Of a stretch of 64,000 bases of DNA, positions 26,371 through 36,025 are shown one piece after another. This DNA comes from Frankiales bacterium (lineage in GTDB: Bacteria; Actinomycetota; Actinomycetes; Mycobacteriales; SCTD01), in contig JAOPWV010000095.1 of assembly GCA_025965475.1 (NCBI GenBank), forward strand, positions 31,448-95,447, in the 5' to 3' direction. The notes under the pieces were generated by a model. The model saw only the letters and a program-made list of their open reading frames with translations, was not told the DNA's origin and ran no database searches. Position numbers and translations under genes: made by a program. The stretch's first letter is position 1. Each line of letters starts with the position of its first letter.

Positions 26371-27381
26371 TCAGGCCCCGACGCCGGCGCCTTCCGCCAG
26401 CCAGACCTCGGTGGCCCGGCGCCCGCCCGCGGCCAGTTGATCCGTACGACTGAGGTCCCGTGGTCCGGACGGCAGCTCGCGCAGCAGACCGGCCGCCCAG
26501 GCGTCCGCCACGTGCGGCAGCACGCTGACGCGCGGGTCGTCCAGGGCGCTGCGCACGCTGGCCGTGTTGGCCACCGCACGGGCCACGGTGAACGCCTTGA
26601 GCACCACGTCGATCACCCCACGCGAGGACTCGACCGGCGCGACGTACGGGCGAGGCTCGGTCGCCTCGAGCCCACAACCGCGCGCGACCGGCTCGTCCAG
26701 CGACATTCCGCCGCGGGCGGCGCACACGCCCGGCGTTCCCGTCACCGGAGCGAGGCCGCAGTCCAGGACGAGGATCCGGTCGTCGGGGCCCGCGTCGTCG
26801 AGCGCGGCCTGGACAGGTACACCGCAGACGATCCCGCCGTCGACGTGCAGGTGCCCGTCCGCCAGTCGTACCGGGGGGAAGAGGCCGGGCAGGGCGCAGC
26901 TGGCGACGAGGACGTCGGCGATCCGGCCGCGGTGGTGGTGGCGCGCGTCGGCGCAGTCGAGACAGGTCGTCGTGATGCTGAGCGGCACGGCCAGCTCGGA
27001 CACGTCGTGCGCGGGGATGTGCCGGGCGACCAGTGCGCGCAGGGGCCGCGGATCGAGCACACCGTCGGAGCGGCCGGTCGCGGCCATGATCAGCCCGCGC
27101 GCACGGGACCACCGGGACGGGAGCAGGACGCCGGTCGTGCTGAGCTCACCCCACCAGTGCACCAGCTCCACGGCCCGGTCGAGGCTGGGTCCGGCGGCCA
27201 GGAAGGCGGCGTTCAGGCCACCCGCGGAGCAGCCGTACAGAGCGTCCGGCAGGACCCCGTCTTCGGCCAGCGCCAGCAGGGCGCCGGCCTGGAACGCGCC
27301 CAGTGCGCCGCCGCCACCGAGGACCACCAGCGTGCGTCCGACCACTGCCCTGCACCGCTTTCCCGTACCGACCGAAGCCAC
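26371..27381 (-). CDS. Patatin-like phospholipase
   Basis: GGGGALG, GCSAG and DGG. The start may be a few codons downstream. Confidence 0.85.
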   Translation of the reverse strand: MASVGTGKRCRAVVGRTLVVLGGGGALGAFQAGALLALAEDGVLPDALYGCSAGGLNAAFLAAGPSLDRAVELVHWWGELSTTGVLLPSRWSRARGLIMAATGRSDGVLDPRPLRALVARHIPAHDVSELAVPLSITTTCLDCADARHHHRGRIADVLVASCALPGLFPPVRLADGHLHVDGGIVCGVPVQAALDDAGPDDRILVLDCGLAPVTGTPGVCAARGGMSLDEPVARGCGLEATEPRPYVAPVESSRGVIDVVLKAFTVARAVANTASVRSALDDPRVSVLPHVADAWAAGLLRELPSGPRDLSRTDQLAAGGRRATEVWLAEGAGVGA

Positions 27382-27434
27382 CAGTCTGACTCAGACCGGG
27401 AGGCTGCGTGCCGGAACGGCGGAACCGCCTGCCC

Positions 27435-27845
27435 TCAGGTGTTCTCGTCGCCCTGCGGCGCGGTCAGGAGGGCGAGCATGTCGGGCAACTCGAAGAACGT
27501 CGCGATGTCGAGGGCCGTCCGTCCACCCAGTCCCGGGTCGGCCCCTGCGGCCAGCAGCGCGCGGACGCTCGGCTCGGAGCGCCGGAACACGGCGGCACCC
27601 AGCGCCGTCTGTCCCCGGTCATTGACCCTCGAGGTGTCGGCGTCGCGGGCGAGCAGGGCCCGCACCACGTGCGGGTGGTCGTGGTACGCCGCGAGGATCA
27701 GCAGGGTGTCGCCGGTGCTCGTCGTCAGGTTGACCGGCAGGCCGGCATCGACGTACGCCGCGAGCTGCTCGGCGTCGCCGGTGCGTGCCAGGTCGAACGC
27801 GGCGTGCAGGAACGCCAGTTCGTCGTCGCTGAGGGGCTCGACCAT
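27435..27845 (-). CDS. Ankyrin-repeat protein
   Basis: GDTLLILAAYHDH, GQTALGAAVF and TALDIA. Confidence 0.85.
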   Translation of the reverse strand: MVEPLSDDELAFLHAAFDLARTGDAEQLAAYVDAGLPVNLTTSTGDTLLILAAYHDHPHVVRALLARDADTSRVNDRGQTALGAAVFRRSEPSVRALLAAGADPGLGGRTALDIATFFELPDMLALLTAPQGDENT

Positions 27846-27869
27846 GCGGCCCACTCTAGGACGCCGGCG

Positions 27870-28295
27870 CTAGGACGGGAGCGAGTCCGCGGCGCCTGCC
27901 GCGGCGATCTCCGTGTCCTGCTCGGCCGTGCCACCGGACACCCCGACCGCCCCGACGAGCTCGCCGTCGACGAGCACGGGACGGCCACCCCCGAAGACCG
28001 TGAGCCGGTCGGTCTTGACGATGCCGTGCAGCAGCGACGGCTCCTTCTCGAGGATCGGCCACCAGTCGTCGGTCGGCATCCCGTTGAAGGACGCCACCGA
28101 CCACGCCTTGTCCTGGGCCAGCTGCGCGGACAGCATCGGTGCCCCGTCCATGCGGGAGAAGGCCAACAGCTCGCCGTTGCGGTTGCTCACGGCGATGCAG
28201 ACGGCGACCTCCAGCGCGCCGGCGGCGGCCTGGCAGGCGGCGGCGATCCGCTGGGCGGAGGCGAGGTCGAGTGTCCGGTGGGAGAGCAGCCCCAC
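27870..28295 (-). CDS. GlcG/HbpS-family heme-binding protein
   Basis: LLAFSRMDGA..AQDKAWS and GGGRPV..GAVGVSGGTAEQD. Confidence 0.88.
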   Translation of the reverse strand: MGLLSHRTLDLASAQRIAAACQAAAGALEVAVCIAVSNRNGELLAFSRMDGAPMLSAQLAQDKAWSVASFNGMPTDDWWPILEKEPSLLHGIVKTDRLTVFGGGRPVLVDGELVGAVGVSGGTAEQDTEIAAAGAADSLPS

Positions 28296-28296
28296 G

Positions 28297-28701
28297 TCAG
28301 GCCCCGACGGACGTGCTGCCGGACTGCACCAGCCACAGCAACAGATCGGGCAGGGCGTCGGGCCCCTCGAGTTCCCGGACGTCCTGCGAGCTCTCGTCCG
28401 AGACGACCCGCGCCCAGGCCTGGCGGCCGCTGACGGAGGTCACGACCTCCGCGCGGGCGCCGCCCGAGCGCAGGACGAACGAGAGCGTCTCGCCGCCGGC
28501 CTGGTCGAGCAGGCTCAGCTCGCGACCCGTCCCCTGCAGGACGGTGTTGCCTTCGCAGACCAGCTGTTCGGCCAGCGACCGCAGCTCGACCTGCGTGTGC
28601 AGGCCCTCGCCGAGGGTGCGCGGCGCGCTGGGCACGAGGGCGGCCTGGACCGCCTGTCCGCCGTCCAGCAGAACGCTGACCTGATGCATGAAAGGTGTCA
28701 T
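28297..28701 (-). CDS. Hypothetical protein (134 aa), first gene of the operon divergent from the phenol hydroxylase genes
   Basis: AGGAGG RBS upstream of MTPFMHQVSV; the stop abuts the GlcG start; no recognisable motif. Confidence 0.7.
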   Translation of the reverse strand: MTPFMHQVSVLLDGGQAVQAALVPSAPRTLGEGLHTQVELRSLAEQLVCEGNTVLQGTGRELSLLDQAGGETLSFVLRSGGARAEVVTSVSGRQAWARVVSDESSQDVRELEGPDALPDLLLWLVQSGSTSVGA

Positions 28702-28754
28702 CACGAGTTCCTCCTGAGGCGACTGTGGGCCCGGCGCCGGTCCGGCGAAGTTGC

Positions 28755-28773
28755 CGTTCTCGCATGCGGAACG
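28755..28773. promoter_or_regulatory. IclR-type operator, copy 1
   Basis: CGTTCTCGCATGCGGAACG in the divergent intergenic region. Confidence 0.7.
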
Positions 28774-28830
28774 AGGGAGGAACACCGATGTGTCCTGGAG
28801 CACATTGACGTCAGCCGAGAGGAGGCGTTC

Positions 28831-29853
28831 GTGGAGTACGAACTCAGGCAGCAGGTCATCGAGCCCCGCCGCCACACGTTCCAGCACCTCATCGACCGGT
28901 ACGGCGACAAGCCGGCATCCCGGTACGAAGAGGGCAGCATCGATGTACAGCCGACGGAGAACTTCCACTACCGGCCGTTGTGGGATCCGGAGCACGAGCT
29001 GTACGACGAGACCTACAGCGCGCTGCGCCTGGACGACCCGTACACGTACCGGGACCCGCGGCAGTACTACTACGCGACCTACGTGACCGCCCGCGCCGGG
29101 CTGCACGACGCGTTCGGCAAGACCGTGGACTACCTGGGGCAGCGCGACCTCCTGTCGCGCATGCCGCAGGAGTGGCAGAAGCTGCTCGGGGACCTCGTCC
29201 TCCCGCTGCGCCACTACGAGTCGGGCGGCCAGCTGCTGAGTGTGAACGGCGCCCGGTTCGCCTACGGCACGACCGTCGAGCAGTGCCTGACCTACGCGGC
29301 GTTCGACCGCATCGGCAACGCGCAGATGCTCAGCCGGGTCGGCATCACGCTCGGGGAGGGGACCGCGGAGCTGCTCGTCAGCGCCAAGAAGTCCTGGATC
29401 GAGAACCCTGCCCTGCAGGGGCTGCGCCGGCTCATCGAGGAGCTCCTCGTCGAGCAGGACTGGGCGGTCCAGACGATCGGTCTCGACCTCGCGGACCGCA
29501 TGCTCTACCCGCTGCTGTACCAGCACCTGGACGAGGCGGCGCTGCTCGGCGGTGCCGGCGCGTACTCGCTCGTCGGGCAGCACTTCGGCACCTGGTTCAC
29601 CGACCACCGGCGCTGGCTCGACGCGCTCATCACGGCGTGGCTGAACGACCCGGTGCACGCCGACAACAACCGTCGCGAGCTGGACGCCATCGTCGCCCGC
29701 TGGCTCCCGCAGGCGCAGGCGGCCGTGGCCGACCTGGCGGACGCGGTCGACGCGCTCGTCGACGCCGGGGCGAAGGACGCGGTTGCCCGCTCGACCGCCG
29801 AGCTGACCGCCACCCTCACCGGGGCCGGCCTGACCGTGGGGGGGAAGGCATGA
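28831..29853 (+). CDS. dmpL: Phenol hydroxylase beta subunit (P1)
   Basis: ASRYEEG, NFHYRPLW, RDPRQYYY and FDRIGNAQ; first gene of the hydroxylase operon. Confidence 0.88.
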   Translation: MEYELRQQVIEPRRHTFQHLIDRYGDKPASRYEEGSIDVQPTENFHYRPLWDPEHELYDETYSALRLDDPYTYRDPRQYYYATYVTARAGLHDAFGKTVDYLGQRDLLSRMPQEWQKLLGDLVLPLRHYESGGQLLSVNGARFAYGTTVEQCLTYAAFDRIGNAQMLSRVGITLGEGTAELLVSAKKSWIENPALQGLRRLIEELLVEQDWAVQTIGLDLADRMLYPLLYQHLDEAALLGGAGAYSLVGQHFGTWFTDHRRWLDALITAWLNDPVHADNNRRELDAIVARWLPQAQAAVADLADAVDALVDAGAKDAVARSTAELTATLTGAGLTVGGKA

Positions 29854-30143
29854 CGACCGGTACGCCCGTCAAGAGCGTCGGCGTCGAGCTGCAGGAGAGC
29901 AGCGACGACGCACGGATGGTGATCGAAGCGATCCAGCGGGACAACGCGGACGTCGTCGTCAGCTACCTGCCGGGCCTCGTCAAGGTGCAGTCCCCCGGCG
30001 AGCTCGTGATCCGGCGGGAGACCGTCGAGGAACTGCTCGGCCGTCCGTGGGAGACGCACGAGTTCCAGCTGGTCATCGTTTCCTACTACGGCCACATCGG
30101 CGAGTGGGACGACGACCAGATCGTCATCAAGTGGGACCACTGA
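29850..30143 (+). CDS. dmpM: Phenol hydroxylase regulatory/coupling protein (MmoB/DmpM family)
   Basis: 97 aa; VIEAIQRDN..PGLVKV..IRRETVEELLGRPW. Confidence 0.88.
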   Translation: MTTGTPVKSVGVELQESSDDARMVIEAIQRDNADVVVSYLPGLVKVQSPGELVIRRETVEELLGRPWETHEFQLVIVSYYGHIGEWDDDQIVIKWDH

Positions 30144-30154
30144 GGAGCGCGTAG

Positions 30155-31663
30155 ATGTCGAAGAAGTTGTCCATGCAGCAGCGGTACGCGGCGCTGACCC
30201 GTGACCTCGACTGGACCCCCGACTACGTCGACCCGGCGAAGGTCTTTCCGCTCACCTCGTTCGAGGGCATCAAGGTCCACGACTGGTCGGCGTGGTCGGA
30301 CCCGTTCCGCCTGACCGTGGACACCTACCACAAGTACCAGGCGGAGAAGGACAAGCGGCTGTACGCCGTGATCGACGGGTTCGCGCAGGGCCAGGGCCAC
30401 CTGTCCCTCTCGGACGCGCAGTACCTCAACGCCATGAAGCTGTTCATCCAGGGCGTCACGCCGCTGGAGTACGCGGCCCACCGTCACTTCGCCCAGCTGG
30501 CCCGCCACTTCGACGGTCCGGGTCCGCGCTTCGCGGCGCTCTGCCAGTCGATCGACGAGCTGCGGCACACGCAGACCGAGGTGCACACGCTGTCGCAGTA
30601 CAACAAGTACTACGGCGGCATGCACAGCAACTGGAAGATGTTCGACCGCGTCTGGTACCTCTCGGTGCCGAAGTCGTACTTCGAGGACGCCATGTCGGCG
30701 GGCCCGTTCGAGTCGCTGATCGCGATCAGTTTCTCCTTCGAGTACCTGCTGACGAACCTGCTGTTCGTGCCGTTCATGAGCGGCGCGAGTTTCAACGGCG
30801 ACCTGCCGTCGATGACGTTCGGTTTCTCGGCGCAGAGCGACGAGAGCCGGCACATGACGCTCGGCCTCGAGGCCATCAAATTCCTGCTCGAGCAGGACGA
30901 GGCCAACGTGCCGATCATCCAGGCGTGGATCGACAAGTGGTTCTGGCGGGGTTACCGCCTGGTCGCGTTGATCGCCCAGATGATCGACTACATGCTCCCG
31001 AAGAAGGTGATGAGCTGGAAGGAGTCCTTCGAGCTCTACTTCGAGGAGCAGATGCTGAACGGTCTGTTCAAGGACCTGGAGTTCTACGGCATCCGTCCCC
31101 CGATGCACGTCCAGCAGGCCATCGAGGAGAAGGAGATCCTCTCCCACCAGGTCGCGTGGACGCTGTACCAGTTCTCCTTCGCCGCCGGCTTCAACACGAC
31201 CGTGCCGGACGAGGAGCACCAGGCCTGGCTGCGTGAGCAGTACCCGGACACCTTCGACAAGCTGTTCGCCCCCCAGTGGGCCAAGGCCAAGAAGATCCAG
31301 GAGGAGGGTGGCCGGTTCTTCTTCCAGGGGCTGCCCCAGCTCTGCCAGGTCTGCCAGGTCCCGATGCTCTTCACCGAGGTGGGCGACCCGGAGACGATCT
31401 GTCAGCGGCAGGTCGTCTACGAGGACGAGCGGTACGACTTCTGCTCGGACGGCTGCCAGTGGGTCTTCGAGCGCGAGCCGGAGAAGTACGTCCAGGCCTG
31501 GCTTCCCGTCCACCAGATCTACCAGGGCGTCTGCGGCGGTCCCTCCGTCCCGGAGGTTCTCGCCTGGTACGGCCTGCAGGAAGGTGACAGCGGCGAGTAC
31601 ATCGGCTCGCTGGACCACAAGGACTGGCTGGCGTGGCACGCCACGGCGCCGGTGGGGAGCTGA
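30155..31663 (+). CDS. dmpN: Phenol hydroxylase alpha (di-iron) subunit (P3)
   Basis: DPFRLT, DELRH and DESRH (two ExxH motifs), DKWFWR, and a C-terminal YHS region (CQVCQVP..FCSDGC). Confidence 0.95.
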   Translation: MSKKLSMQQRYAALTRDLDWTPDYVDPAKVFPLTSFEGIKVHDWSAWSDPFRLTVDTYHKYQAEKDKRLYAVIDGFAQGQGHLSLSDAQYLNAMKLFIQGVTPLEYAAHRHFAQLARHFDGPGPRFAALCQSIDELRHTQTEVHTLSQYNKYYGGMHSNWKMFDRVWYLSVPKSYFEDAMSAGPFESLIAISFSFEYLLTNLLFVPFMSGASFNGDLPSMTFGFSAQSDESRHMTLGLEAIKFLLEQDEANVPIIQAWIDKWFWRGYRLVALIAQMIDYMLPKKVMSWKESFELYFEEQMLNGLFKDLEFYGIRPPMHVQQAIEEKEILSHQVAWTLYQFSFAAGFNTTVPDEEHQAWLREQYPDTFDKLFAPQWAKAKKIQEEGGRFFFQGLPQLCQVCQVPMLFTEVGDPETICQRQVVYEDERYDFCSDGCQWVFEREPEKYVQAWLPVHQIYQGVCGGPSVPEVLAWYGLQEGDSGEYIGSLDHKDWLAWHATAPVGS

Positions 31664-31664
31664 C

Positions 31665-31988
31665 ATGCCTGTCGTCGCGCTCACCGACAACTACACGTTC
31701 CCGTCCCGCTCCCGCCAGGAGCTCTACGGGGACGACCAGCTCGTCCACGTGCTCTGGAAGGGCAACCGCATGATGGCTGCGGCCGCCACGTTCCGCGCGC
31801 CGAAGGCGATGCCGTGGGCCGACTTCCTCGGTGCCCTGGTGGACCCCTGGGCGGCGTCGGACCCCGATTACGTCCCGGGCAGCGGCAGCGGCTGGACCCT
31901 CGACGGTCAGCCGCTCCAGCCCGACCCGGGCAAGGGGCTCGCTGAGCTCGGTGTCGGCCACAAGAGCCTGCTGACCTTCGAGGCCTGA
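31665..31988 (+). CDS. dmpO: Phenol hydroxylase gamma subunit (P4)
   Basis: WTLDGQPLQPD..LAELGVGHKSLL; position in the operon. Confidence 0.85.
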   Translation: MPVVALTDNYTFPSRSRQELYGDDQLVHVLWKGNRMMAAAATFRAPKAMPWADFLGALVDPWAASDPDYVPGSGSGWTLDGQPLQPDPGKGLAELGVGHKSLLTFEA

Positions 31989-31989
31989 C

Positions 31990-32340
31990 TTGGCCAGTGT
32001 CACTGTCGACCCGGACGGCATCACGGTGCAGGCCCGTGACGGCGAATGCATCCTGTCGGCGCTCAACCGGTCCGGGTACGGCTACCGGACCGGTTGCCGC
32101 CGCGGGGGATGCGCGCTGTGCAAGGCCGACCTCGTGTCCGGCGAGGTGTCCTACCCCGTCGTGGTCGCGGACAGCGTGCTGCCCGCGGAGGAGCAGGCCG
32201 GCGGGGCCTGTCTCACCTGCCGCGCGGTTCCGCACGGCGACGTCGTCATCCGTCTGCGTGACGACCGGTTGCGTTGCACCTCGTCCTTTCTGGCCGCCCT
32301 GGCCGGACGAGTCACTCCTGCTGTCGAGAGGAACATCTGA
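31990..32340 (+). CDS. dmpQ: XylT/DmpQ-type 2Fe-2S ferredoxin
   Basis: GCRRGGCALC..LTC; immediately upstream of the catechol 2,3-dioxygenase. Confidence 0.8.
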   Translation: MASVTVDPDGITVQARDGECILSALNRSGYGYRTGCRRGGCALCKADLVSGEVSYPVVVADSVLPAEEQAGGACLTCRAVPHGDVVIRLRDDRLRCTSSFLAALAGRVTPAVERNI

Positions 32341-33254
32341 TGTCCGTCATGCGGTTGGGATACGTCCACGCCAGAGTCACCGACCTGGCTGACGCCAAGC
32401 AGCACTACGGGGAGACCCTGGGTCTTCGCGCCGTGCACGAGGAGCCCGGCAAGGTCTACTTCAAGGGCTGGGACGAGTACGACCACCACTCGGTCGTCGT
32501 CGAGGAGGGCGGCGTCGGGCTGGTCAAGCTCGGCTACAAGGTCTCCGAGCTGACCGACCTGGAGCTCTACGAGAAGCGGGCGCAGCAGTTCGGCTGCATC
32601 ACCGAGCGGATGAGCGCCGGCGACAACCTCGAGGTCGGTGACGGCGTACGCGTCGTACTGCCGAGCTCGCACGTGGTGGAGCTGTACCACGAGATGACCA
32701 CGGTCGGGACCGACGTCGGCTCCCACAACCCGGAGGTCTTCCCGCGGCACCTGGTCGGTGTCGGCGTACCCCGTGTCGACCACGCGCTGCTCACGACGAG
32801 CGACGTCGCGACCACCGAGCGGTTCTTCAAGGACGTGCTCGACTTCTACCCGACCGAGCGGGTGGCCACCACGCTCGACGACGACGCGCACGTCATCGGT
32901 ACCTGGCTGACCGCCGGGAACACCGTCCACGACATCGCGTTCATCGAGGGCCCGGACAACAAGCTGCACCACTTCGCCTTCGAGCTGGGCGACTGGAACG
33001 AGATCGGCCGGGCCGGCGCGATCTTCTCGATGGACGACGTCTCCGTCGACGTCGGCCCGACGCAGCACGGCATCACCCGCGGCCGGACGATCTACTTCTT
33101 CGACCCGTCCGGCAACCGCAATGAGGTGTTCGCCGGCGGTTACGTCGCCTTCCCCGACCGCCCCTGTGTCACCTGGACGGTGGACCAGATCGGCAAGGGG
33201 ATCTTCTACGTGTCGCGCGAGCTCAACGAGCGCTTCACATCCGTCCTTACCTGA
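32340..33254 (+). CDS. dmpB: Catechol 2,3-dioxygenase
   Basis: VYFKGWDEYDHHS, HDIAF, LHHFAF and HGITRGRTIYFFDPSGNRNE. Confidence 0.93.
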   Translation: MSVMRLGYVHARVTDLADAKQHYGETLGLRAVHEEPGKVYFKGWDEYDHHSVVVEEGGVGLVKLGYKVSELTDLELYEKRAQQFGCITERMSAGDNLEVGDGVRVVLPSSHVVELYHEMTTVGTDVGSHNPEVFPRHLVGVGVPRVDHALLTTSDVATTERFFKDVLDFYPTERVATTLDDDAHVIGTWLTAGNTVHDIAFIEGPDNKLHHFAFELGDWNEIGRAGAIFSMDDVSVDVGPTQHGITRGRTIYFFDPSGNRNEVFAGGYVAFPDRPCVTWTVDQIGKGIFYVSRELNERFTSVLT

Positions 33255-33278
33255 TCGAAGAAACCTGGAGGAGGCCCC

Positions 33279-34343
33279 GTGCCGTCGAACCACCTCGTCA
33301 CCGTCGAGCCACTTGGCCGGCAGGTGACGTGCCGCGAGGACCAGTCGATCCTCGACGCCTGCCTGCGCTCTGGCGTCTGGCTGCCGCACTCGTGCACCCA
33401 CGGGACCTGCGGCACCTGCAAGGCCGACCTTCTCGACGGTGACGTCGACTACGGGACCTCCTCCGGGTTCGCACTGATGGACTTCGAACGTGACGAGGGC
33501 AAGGTCCTGCTGTGCCAGGCCCGCCCGCGTGGCGACGTCGTGATCGAGGGGGACGTCGAGGTCGACGAGGGCCTCGACTTCTCGCCGGTCCGCGACCACA
33601 CCGCCACCGTGGTCGAGGTCGAGGAGATCGCCCGCGAGACCCGCCGGGTCCGCCTCGAGCTCGACGAGGACATGACCTTCTCCGCCGGGCAGTACGTGTC
33701 GATCACGGTCCCGGGCACGGACACGACCCGGACCTACTCGATGGCGAACCCGCCGAGCGAGACCCGGATGATCGAGTTGCACATCCGGCGTACCCCGGGC
33801 GGCGTCGCGACCGACGGCTGGGTGTTCGAGGGCATCCACGTGGGCCAGCGCGTCGAGCTGTCCGGGCCGTACGGACGGTTCGTCTTCCGCCCGGCGCGGG
33901 ACGAGCCGGCCATCATGATCGCCGGCGGTACCGGCCTGGCGCCGATGACGTCGATGATCCGGCACCTGCTGGCCGACCCGGAGGACACGCACGAGCTGCA
34001 CCTGTACCAGGGGGCGCGGACCCGGGGGGACCTGTACGGCGTCGAGGAGTTCCAGGCGCTGCACGCCGCGCACCCGGACCGGTTCCACTACCACCCGTGC
34101 CTGTCCGAGGAGGACGGCGGCGAGGGTTTCCGGTCCGGTCTGGTGACGGACGTCCTGGGCGAGGACTTCGAGCGCTGCGCCGGACACGTCGGCTACGTGT
34201 GCGGCCCGCCGCCCATGGTCGATGCCGCGATGCGCCTGCTCATGGGCCGTCGGCTCTTCCCTCGCGACATCTACCGCGAGGACTTCTTCGACGAGTCCGA
34301 CAAGGCCTCCGGCGGGCTGAACAGCCCGCTGCTCAAGCGGTGA
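33279..34343 (+). CDS. dmpP: Phenol hydroxylase reductase (2Fe-2S/FAD/NAD)
   Basis: CTHGTCGTC, RTYSMAN, GPYG, AGGTGLAP and CGPPPM. Confidence 0.9.
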   Translation: MPSNHLVTVEPLGRQVTCREDQSILDACLRSGVWLPHSCTHGTCGTCKADLLDGDVDYGTSSGFALMDFERDEGKVLLCQARPRGDVVIEGDVEVDEGLDFSPVRDHTATVVEVEEIARETRRVRLELDEDMTFSAGQYVSITVPGTDTTRTYSMANPPSETRMIELHIRRTPGGVATDGWVFEGIHVGQRVELSGPYGRFVFRPARDEPAIMIAGGTGLAPMTSMIRHLLADPEDTHELHLYQGARTRGDLYGVEEFQALHAAHPDRFHYHPCLSEEDGGEGFRSGLVTDVLGEDFERCAGHVGYVCGPPPMVDAAMRLLMGRRLFPRDIYREDFFDESDKASGGLNSPLLKR

Positions 34344-34354
34344 CGGGAACACAC

Positions 34355-35179
34355 ATGAGTGGCAGCGAGATCGGCACGACCCTGGACGTCAAGGGGCTGG
34401 CCGCGAACGTGCACGACGAGGGCGATGGACCGGCGGTCCTGCTGATCCACGGCTCCGGGCCGGGCGTCTCGGCCTGGGCCAACTGGCGCCTCGCGATCCC
34501 CGAGCTGTCGAAGCGGTTCCGGGTCATCGCTCCGGACATGCCGGGTTTCGGCTACACGGAGCGGCCGGAAGGCGCGACGTACGACGTCGAGAGCTGGACG
34601 CAGTTCGTGGCCGACCTGCTCGACACCCTCGGGCTCGACCGGGTCTCCCTCGTGGGCAACAGCTTCGGTGGCGCCATCGCCCTGCGGTTCGCCACCCGCT
34701 ACCCGGACCGCGTCGGGCGGCTGGTGCTCATGGGCGCCGCGGGGGTGGACTTCCCCATCACCGCGGGGTTGGACGCCGTCTGGGGTTACGAGCCGTCGGT
34801 CGAGAACATGCGCGGCCTCATGGACGTCTTCGCCTACGACCGCTCGCTCCTGACGCCCGAGCTGGCCCAGCTGCGCTATGAGGCCTCGTCGCGGCCCGGG
34901 GTGCAGGAGGCCTACGCGAGCATGTTCCCGGCGCCCCGGCAGCGCTGGGTCGAAGCGCTCGCGGTGCCCGAGGACGAGATCCGGACCCTGCCGCACCAGA
35001 CCCTCATCGTGCACGGCCGGGACGACCAGGTGATCCCGCTGGCCACCTCGCTCCGGCTGCTCGAGCTCGTGGACCGCTCCCAGCTGCACGTGTTCGGCCG
35101 CTGCGGCCACTGGGTGCAGATCGAGCACGCGGCCCGCTTCAGCTCCCTGGTGTCGGATTTCCTCAGCGAGTCCGACTGA
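34355..35179 (+). CDS. dmpD: 2-hydroxymuconic semialdehyde hydrolase
   Basis: HGSGPGVSAWANWR, GNSFGG, HGRDD and CGHWVQIEH. Confidence 0.9.
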   Translation: MSGSEIGTTLDVKGLAANVHDEGDGPAVLLIHGSGPGVSAWANWRLAIPELSKRFRVIAPDMPGFGYTERPEGATYDVESWTQFVADLLDTLGLDRVSLVGNSFGGAIALRFATRYPDRVGRLVLMGAAGVDFPITAGLDAVWGYEPSVENMRGLMDVFAYDRSLLTPELAQLRYEASSRPGVQEAYASMFPAPRQRWVEALAVPEDEIRTLPHQTLIVHGRDDQVIPLATSLRLLELVDRSQLHVFGRCGHWVQIEHAARFSSLVSDFLSESD

Positions 35180-35951
35180 CCTGGGCGGACGGCCCCCCGC
35201 CGAGCTGGCGGGACAGGCCCAGGGCCGCCGTACGCACTGCCGGTGCGAGCCGCGCCGTGTCGAGCCGGTCGGCCCAGCCGGCGACGGAGATCGCAGCCAG
35301 TGCGGTCCCGTCGGGGCCCAGCACGGGGCAGGCGGCACAGACCACCCCCGGGGTGGACTCCTCGTGCTCGAACGCGACCCCGCGGGTGCGCACCGTCGTC
35401 AGCTCCCGCTCGAGGATGCCGGGCATGACGATCGTGCGGGCGGTCAGCCGCGTCAGACCGGCGGCCACCACGTCGTGCAGCACCGAGGGCGGTGAGAAGG
35501 CCAGCATCGCCTTGCCCAGGCCTGTGCAGTGCGCCGGCATCCGGCCACCGACCCGGGAGGCGAGTGCCGGTCCGCCGCGGCCGGCGAGCTTCTCCACGTA
35601 GACCACCTGGAGGCCGTCCAGGACCCCGAGGTGCACGGTCTCGTGGGTGGCCTCGTACAGGTCGCTGAGCAGGGGGAGCGCCGCTTCCCGCAGACCGCGC
35701 TGCCGGGGTGCCAGCTGGCCCAGCTCGAACAGGCGCATGCCCAGGCGGTAGCCGCCCTCGGTGCGTTCCACGGCGGCCCACGCGGTGAGCTCGCCGAGGA
35801 GCCGGTGGACGGTGGCCTTGGGCAGGCGGGTACGCCGGGTGAGCTCCGCCAGCCCGACGACGGTGTCCGCCGGCCCGAACGCCGTCAGGATCGTCATGGC
35901 CCGGCCCACGACGGAGTCGGTGGCCTCGTCGTTCCGCTGAATGGACCGCAT
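35163..35951 (-). CDS. IclR family regulator
   Basis: HTH LAELTRRTRLPKATVHRLL, HCTGLGKAMLA and AAISV. The start may be at 35960. Confidence 0.9.
   Translation of the reverse strand: MRSIQRNDEATDSVVGRAMTILTAFGPADTVVGLAELTRRTRLPKATVHRLLGELTAWAAVERTEGGYRLGMRLFELGQLAPRQRGLREAALPLLSDLYEATHETVHLGVLDGLQVVYVEKLAGRGGPALASRVGGRMPAHCTGLGKAMLAFSPPSVLHDVVAAGLTRLTARTIVMPGILERELTTVRTRGVAFEHEESTPGVVCAACPVLGPDGTALAAISVAGWADRLDTARLAPAVRTAALGLSRQLGGGPSAQVSRTR
35930..35948. promoter_or_regulatory. IclR-type operator, copy 2, within the first codons of the minus-strand IclR gene
   Basis: Minus strand reads CGGTCCATTCAGCGGAACG; the right half GCGGAACG is identical to copies 1 and 3. Confidence 0.55.
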
Positions 35952-35966
35952 GGCTTTCATCATGCA

Positions 35967-35982
35967 CGTGACCTGTGTCACC
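35967..35982. promoter_or_regulatory. CRP/GlxR-like box between the divergent IclR genes
   Basis: CGTGA-CCTGTG-TCACC. Confidence 0.45.
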
Positions 35983-36025
35983 GTCCTGTTGCACAAGGCA
36001 AACACGTCGACTGTTGGGCGGGTGC

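Noticed and set aside
27408..27427. Fourth copy of the IclR operator (CGGAACGGCGGAACC)
   Set aside because: Only a partial half-site matches; there is no CGTTC arm.
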